From positions 62,001 to 126,000 of the forward strand of contig NIVC01000300.1 of the NCBI GenBank assembly GCA_002269645.1: DNA of 64,000 bases. The letters run 5' to 3'. The notes beneath the pieces were generated by a model. That model saw only the letters and a program-made list of their open reading frames with translations. It was not told where the DNA came from and did not search any database. Positions 59,346 to 64,000 of the stretch are shown here, one piece after another (position 1 is the first letter of the stretch; every line of letters starts with the position of its first letter). A program made the position numbers and the translations under genes. The DNA comes from Macrostomum lignano. Lineage: Eukaryota.

Positions 59346-62300
59346 TGTAGAGCAAACGGAGGGAGAGGCTCATGCTTGGGCGCAACCTAGGGATCCACCC
59401 GGCCGTTTCTATTGGCAACACACGCATGTAAGTCGCTATGCGTACAACATCAAATGTGCATGGTGCGACTTTAGCCACCATTCTGACTCAGCTCAATAAT
59501 TCAATAAATATACTAATCGCTATTATTCTCGCCTTCAAGCTTTCGGCAACTATCGACTACAACAAGCAGTCTAGCCTCGTTTCACTCACTACAGTGGCGT
59601 CGCAAGCAGGATACGAACCTGCGCGGGGAAACCCCATTGGATTTCCATTCCATCCGGGACCAGCTCGTCGCGACATGCACCTCCGACAAACTGCGCAGAC
59701 GGCTGCTCCAAGAAGCAGACATCACGCTGGAGGATGCCCTGCGGAAGGCCAGAGCATTCGAGGCTGCGGAAGAGCAGGCTGCTGAGATGGAGAAGACCAC
59801 CGACGCCCAGGTAGCTAACCTGGCCAGGAGCAGCAAAACAGCGACAGACAGACGCGGACCCGCCAGCGAACCGAGATCAAAGCCGAGCCAGATGAACATC
59901 TGCTACCGATGCGGCGAGCGTGGCCACGCCACCTGCGACGCAGCCAGAGGCAGGATCTGCAATAACTGCGGTAAGCCAAATCACCTGGCCAAGGCGTGCC
60001 GTCAACCGTGCTCAGCCAGCAGCAGAGCCCGGCAGCAGATTCACGCCAACGCAGACTGCACGGTCCCTGACGCCGTCGCCAGCGAAGACGTGTTCACCCT
60101 GCACAGAAACGGCACCTACCCGGCTGAGGTCTCGCTGAAAGTCCAAGTGGGAAGTCGGCAGCTCTCGATGATGATCGACAGCGGTGCCAGCTGCAGCATT
60201 ATGAGCAGCCGCACTTTCAAGACGCTCAATCGGCCTCACCTGCGAACTCCAGAATCAGAAGTCAGAGCCTATGGCTGCTCTGCACCACTCAACATCTTCG
60301 GAATCGCCGACCTGGAAGTTCGCGTCGGAGCAGTCAGCACCGTCGTGCCCTTCCACATCATGGATGGCGATGGTCTCACAATACTCGGTCGCGATCCCAC
60401 ATTCAGGCTCGGAGTTCTCAAAATTCAGCGCCCGGAGTTCAATGCGACGGAAGCCGTGAATTCGAACAGCGACTCGGCGCGTCCGTCGCCACAGCTTCAG
60501 GACATTCTACACCGGCACAAAACAGTCTTCGAAGGCATCGGATGCATCAAAGGTGTACAGGTCAGAGTGCAGCTGTCAGACAACGCCGTGCCAGTCTGCC
60601 ACGCGCCATCCCGGGTGGCGGCGCACCTGAGAGCAGCCGTGGTGGATGAGCTGAAGGCACTGGAGCGGCAGGACATCATCGAGTCAGTCAAGGGTCCCAG
60701 CACCTGGGTGGCACGCATGGTCGTGGTGCCCAAGACCGATGGCGGCGTTAGGATCTGCCAAGACCTTCGCGACCTGAACGCCTTTGTGGTCCCCGAAAAG
60801 CAGCAGATTCCGACCCTGGACGAGGTCACCGAGGAGATGTCCGGAGCCAAGCTGTTCAGTGAGCTGGACATCCGGAAAGCCTTCTACCAGATTCCGGTGC
60901 ACGAGGACAGCCGCCATCTCTTCACGTTTAGCACGCCGCTCGGACTGATGCGACTCAAGAGGCTGAGTATGGGCTTCACCAACGCTTCGGAGATCCTTCA
61001 GCGGGTCATGCTGGGCATCCTCAGCGGCATCGACGGTGTCAGGTGGGTCCACGACGACGTCATCGTCTACGCCGCGGATGCCAAGCAGCACCACGACAGA
61101 CTGGACGCCTGCCTTCACCGCCTCCGCGAATTCGGCATCACGCTGAACAAGGTCAAGTGCAAGTTCGCCAAACCGGCTGTTGAATTTCTCGGGATGTGTT
61201 GTGTACGAAGCCGAGCGGCTCAATATCGCGCAAACCTAAACTTTGCCCAGAGGGCTGTGCCGCGCTTTAGCCCACGCGTATATTTCTACCATAGATAAGG
61301 TTATAAAGGTACTGAGCCCAATACCCAACATCTCCCCTTTTGATTCAAAACACAATGGGTCCTTCAGTCATAGGACTTCATTTGGGGGTTGACCTGAAGC
61401 CGAACAGGTTGTCGGCGGTTTCGTATGGGCCACCTCGTTTGCGGCTCGGGTTCTCTGGGCTTGCTATTCCGTCTTGCGTGCAACGATGTCGCATCACGAT
61501 GTCGTGCTTCAGCTGCCAGGACCGGTAGTCTTCTTCTGAGCAATCTCCGATTTCTTCTCAGCACTCTACCGCTTGCCAGTTTGACCAGGAAGTCATTGTT
61601 TTTCATCGCTTCGACGATCACACCGTATCGATCCCACTTCTTGGTCTGGACGTCTTGCACTGCAACTCTGTCTCGCATTTTCAGTCTTGGTAGTTAATGG
61701 GCTGCTTGGTCGAATGTCGGACTTGCACAGACTTCTTTCTTCGATGCCGATTGTTCGCAACATTTTTACTGGGATCGCGTTGATAAACGCACCCGTGTCT
61801 GGCAGTGCGGGAATGACCCTCACTCCATCGTCAGTTTTGACGCTCAAACAACAACAACAACAACAGAGTACGCTGTCAGTTCGCAAAAGCAGCGTCAGAT
61901 GGCTCGCTTCGAAGCTTGGGCGCGAACAAAGGCCGCACCGCCGGCAGAGTCCGGGGCGCCGGCGTCAGCCAGCAGACAGTCGACGTAGCGCCGAGTCCTC
62001 GCCTGTCCCCGCCGGTAGGGTGCCTGCAACGTAAGTAGCAGCACCTCCTGCACCGGCTCCGGACAGTAGGCCTCGGCGCGGATGACGTGGCCTGCCAGCT
62101 GGAGTCGCCGACGGCGCAGCAGATCGCTAGGACGGGCCAGGCCGGCGCGATGATAGAGCGCCGTGTTGGTGACTCGCTCGTTGCCGATCTTGAAGGCGGC
62201 GCGCAGCAGGCCAGCGTGCGCCGCGTCAACTTGAGCCTCGAGCGAGTCTGTCAGCGTCCAGGTCTCGGCGTTGTATAACAGGACGGTCTCGATCACCGCC

Positions 62301-64000
62301 TGGAACAGCGCCGCCCTCTGGCGGTCCGGTAGGGCCTCGGACTGCAGGACTGACCTTATAGAACGAAAGGCAGCCCAGGCAAGTCCTCGGCGACGCCGCA
62401 GATCCTCGCGGACGTCGGGAACCAGACCGCCGAGGTAGACGAACTGCTGACATCTTGGAAGCTCACTCGCCTGTCCGTTAGCGCCTCGGCAGAAGATTGC
62501 AGCCTCGGTGTCGTCCGGCACGCATAGCACGACGGTCTTCTGCGTGTTGACCACCAAACGCAGAAGACCGTCGACGCTCAAACGCACACAGCTTGGTGCG
62601 ATTTCGCTATTCTCCGTCTTCGTTGCAGCAAAAATCGAATTCATATTATCGCTTGTCTTGTGTGGCTTTCCATTCCTGCATTGCTTAGCAAAATGGTTAG
62701 CCTTACCGCACTTGGTGCACGATTTCCCCCAGGCTGGACATTTCTCCTTTCCGCGTTCGTGCTCACATCCGCAGAATTTGCAGATTGGGTGCTTCGCCAC
62801 TATCTGACTTCGTTGAGCGGGTCCACCTGCCTGGCGGGCATCTGCGGCGGCAGTTTGCTTGGCCTTCTTGTAGCTCGAAACTCTTCGAACTGCAGAGATT
62901 GTCGACGTCTCGCCCTTCATCGCGGCACAATTCTTCTTGGAGCTTTCCATTGACTCACAAATCGTCTTGGCTCTTTCTAGTGTCAGCTCGCTGCCTTCTT
63001 CCAGCAACTTCTCCACTGTGCTGTGATCTCGAAGCCCCATGACGATTCTGTCTCTGATCTGGCACTCCGCACATATACCACAGCAGCGCTCAAAGTTGCA
63101 TCGCGATGCCATTTCCTTTATTGCCACGTACCAGTCGCTGAACGATTGGCCCTCCATCTGATTCCGTAACGAAAACTCGCGGCGCTCGAATATTTCATTT
63201 CGCTGGCCCGTGATGAACAGCTCCAGGGCCTTGATGATCTCTCCGGCGTCGTTCTTGTTCTCCTCGGTCAGATGCGGCAAGCTGTCCACGACGCGCAGTG
63301 TCTCCATGCTCAGGCATTGGCGTAGCGCGAAAAGACGGTACTTCTTTTTCTCGTCCTCGTTGTCCAGACTGTTGAGTCCTGAGAGCTCCTCGAAGGCCTC
63401 CCACAGTAGCTTCCAATGTGGGTATAGCTCCTTCTGTGACTCGATGTCGAAGTGCGGCGCACTTCGGACGTCGATCTTGGGTGCCATCTTGCACTTTTGG
63501 GCTTTTCACTTGGCTGCTTGCGATGCCATGTTGTGTACGAAGCCGAGCGGCTCAATATCGCGCAAACCTAAACTTTGCCCAGAGGGCTGTGCCGCGCTGT
63601 AGCCCACGCATATATTTCTACCATAGATATAAGGTTATAAGGGTACTGAGCCCAATACCCAACAGGATGCACCTGTCAGCCAAAGGCATCCAACCAGCTG
63701 CTGAGAAAATCCGCGCAATGCAAGACTTCCGGCAGCCCGCCAATGTCTCAGAAGTTCGGTCGTTTCTCGGCACCGCAAACTTTCTGGCGAAATTCATCCC
63801 AAGATTCGCCGACGTGTCAGCCCCGCTGCGCCATTTGACCAAGAAGGGCCAGCCATGGGAATGGACTGCCAGCCACACTGAGGCGTTCAGCACAATCAAG
63901 AAGGCCATCGCCGGAGCCGACACGCTGGCGTTCTTCGACCGCAAGCGGCAGACGGAGCTTCTGGTGGACGCATCTTCCATCGGTCTCGGCGCCATCCTCA
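59346..64000 (+). mobile_element. Mirror copy of the outer gypsy element
   Basis: LTR 59346-59593, tRNA copy 59595-59654, gag-protease-RT ORF from 59637; lacks the left copy's RT frameshift. Confidence 0.9.
61197..63664 (-). mobile_element. Mirror copy of the nested LTR element, with the RTE fragment at 61849-62572
   Basis: LTRs 61197-61330 and 63529-63664; GGATG TSD. Confidence 0.9.

Larger units (their letters stand above)
45623..64000. repeat. Large inverted duplication, arms 45623-53876 and 55425-64000 (runs off the window)
   Basis: Mirrored ORFs and sequence (position sum 109623 in the retroelement part); N gap at 53877-54067. Confidence 0.95.

Overview
Eukaryotic, satellite-rich animal genomic DNA. 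GC-rich exons sit in introns packed with simple repeats; the style suggests a flatworm such as Macrostomum (inference only). 1-31.4 kb: a minus-strand gene rebuilt by hand from GT-AG boundaries with consistent phases. It has 13 exons (1304 aa), or 15 exons (1619 aa) if an internal donor in exon 13 is used. The product is secreted: signal peptide, VWA, CXCXC/EGF-like Cys-rich units, TIL, VWA, CxCP repeats, VWA, a SEA-like domain and an optional Arg-rich tail. Almost every intron has its own tandem repeat; one holds a mariner and one a decayed copy of the gene's 3' end. 32.3 kb: intronless LSm3. 33.4 kb: a Penelope-type hammerhead-like relic. 41.3-42.0 kb: a two-exon 69-aa secreted cystine-knot (C-C-CC-C-C) peptide gene that the ORF track misses. 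43.3-51.5 kb: a PAN + F-type lectin pseudogene interrupted by nested retroelements (Ty3/gypsy, a non-autonomous LTR element, an RTE LINE fragment). The outer element's primer-binding site is a ~60-nt tRNA-Ser copy with changes at known modified positions. 45.6-64 kb: a >8 kb inverted duplication around a 191-N gap, possibly an assembly artefact.
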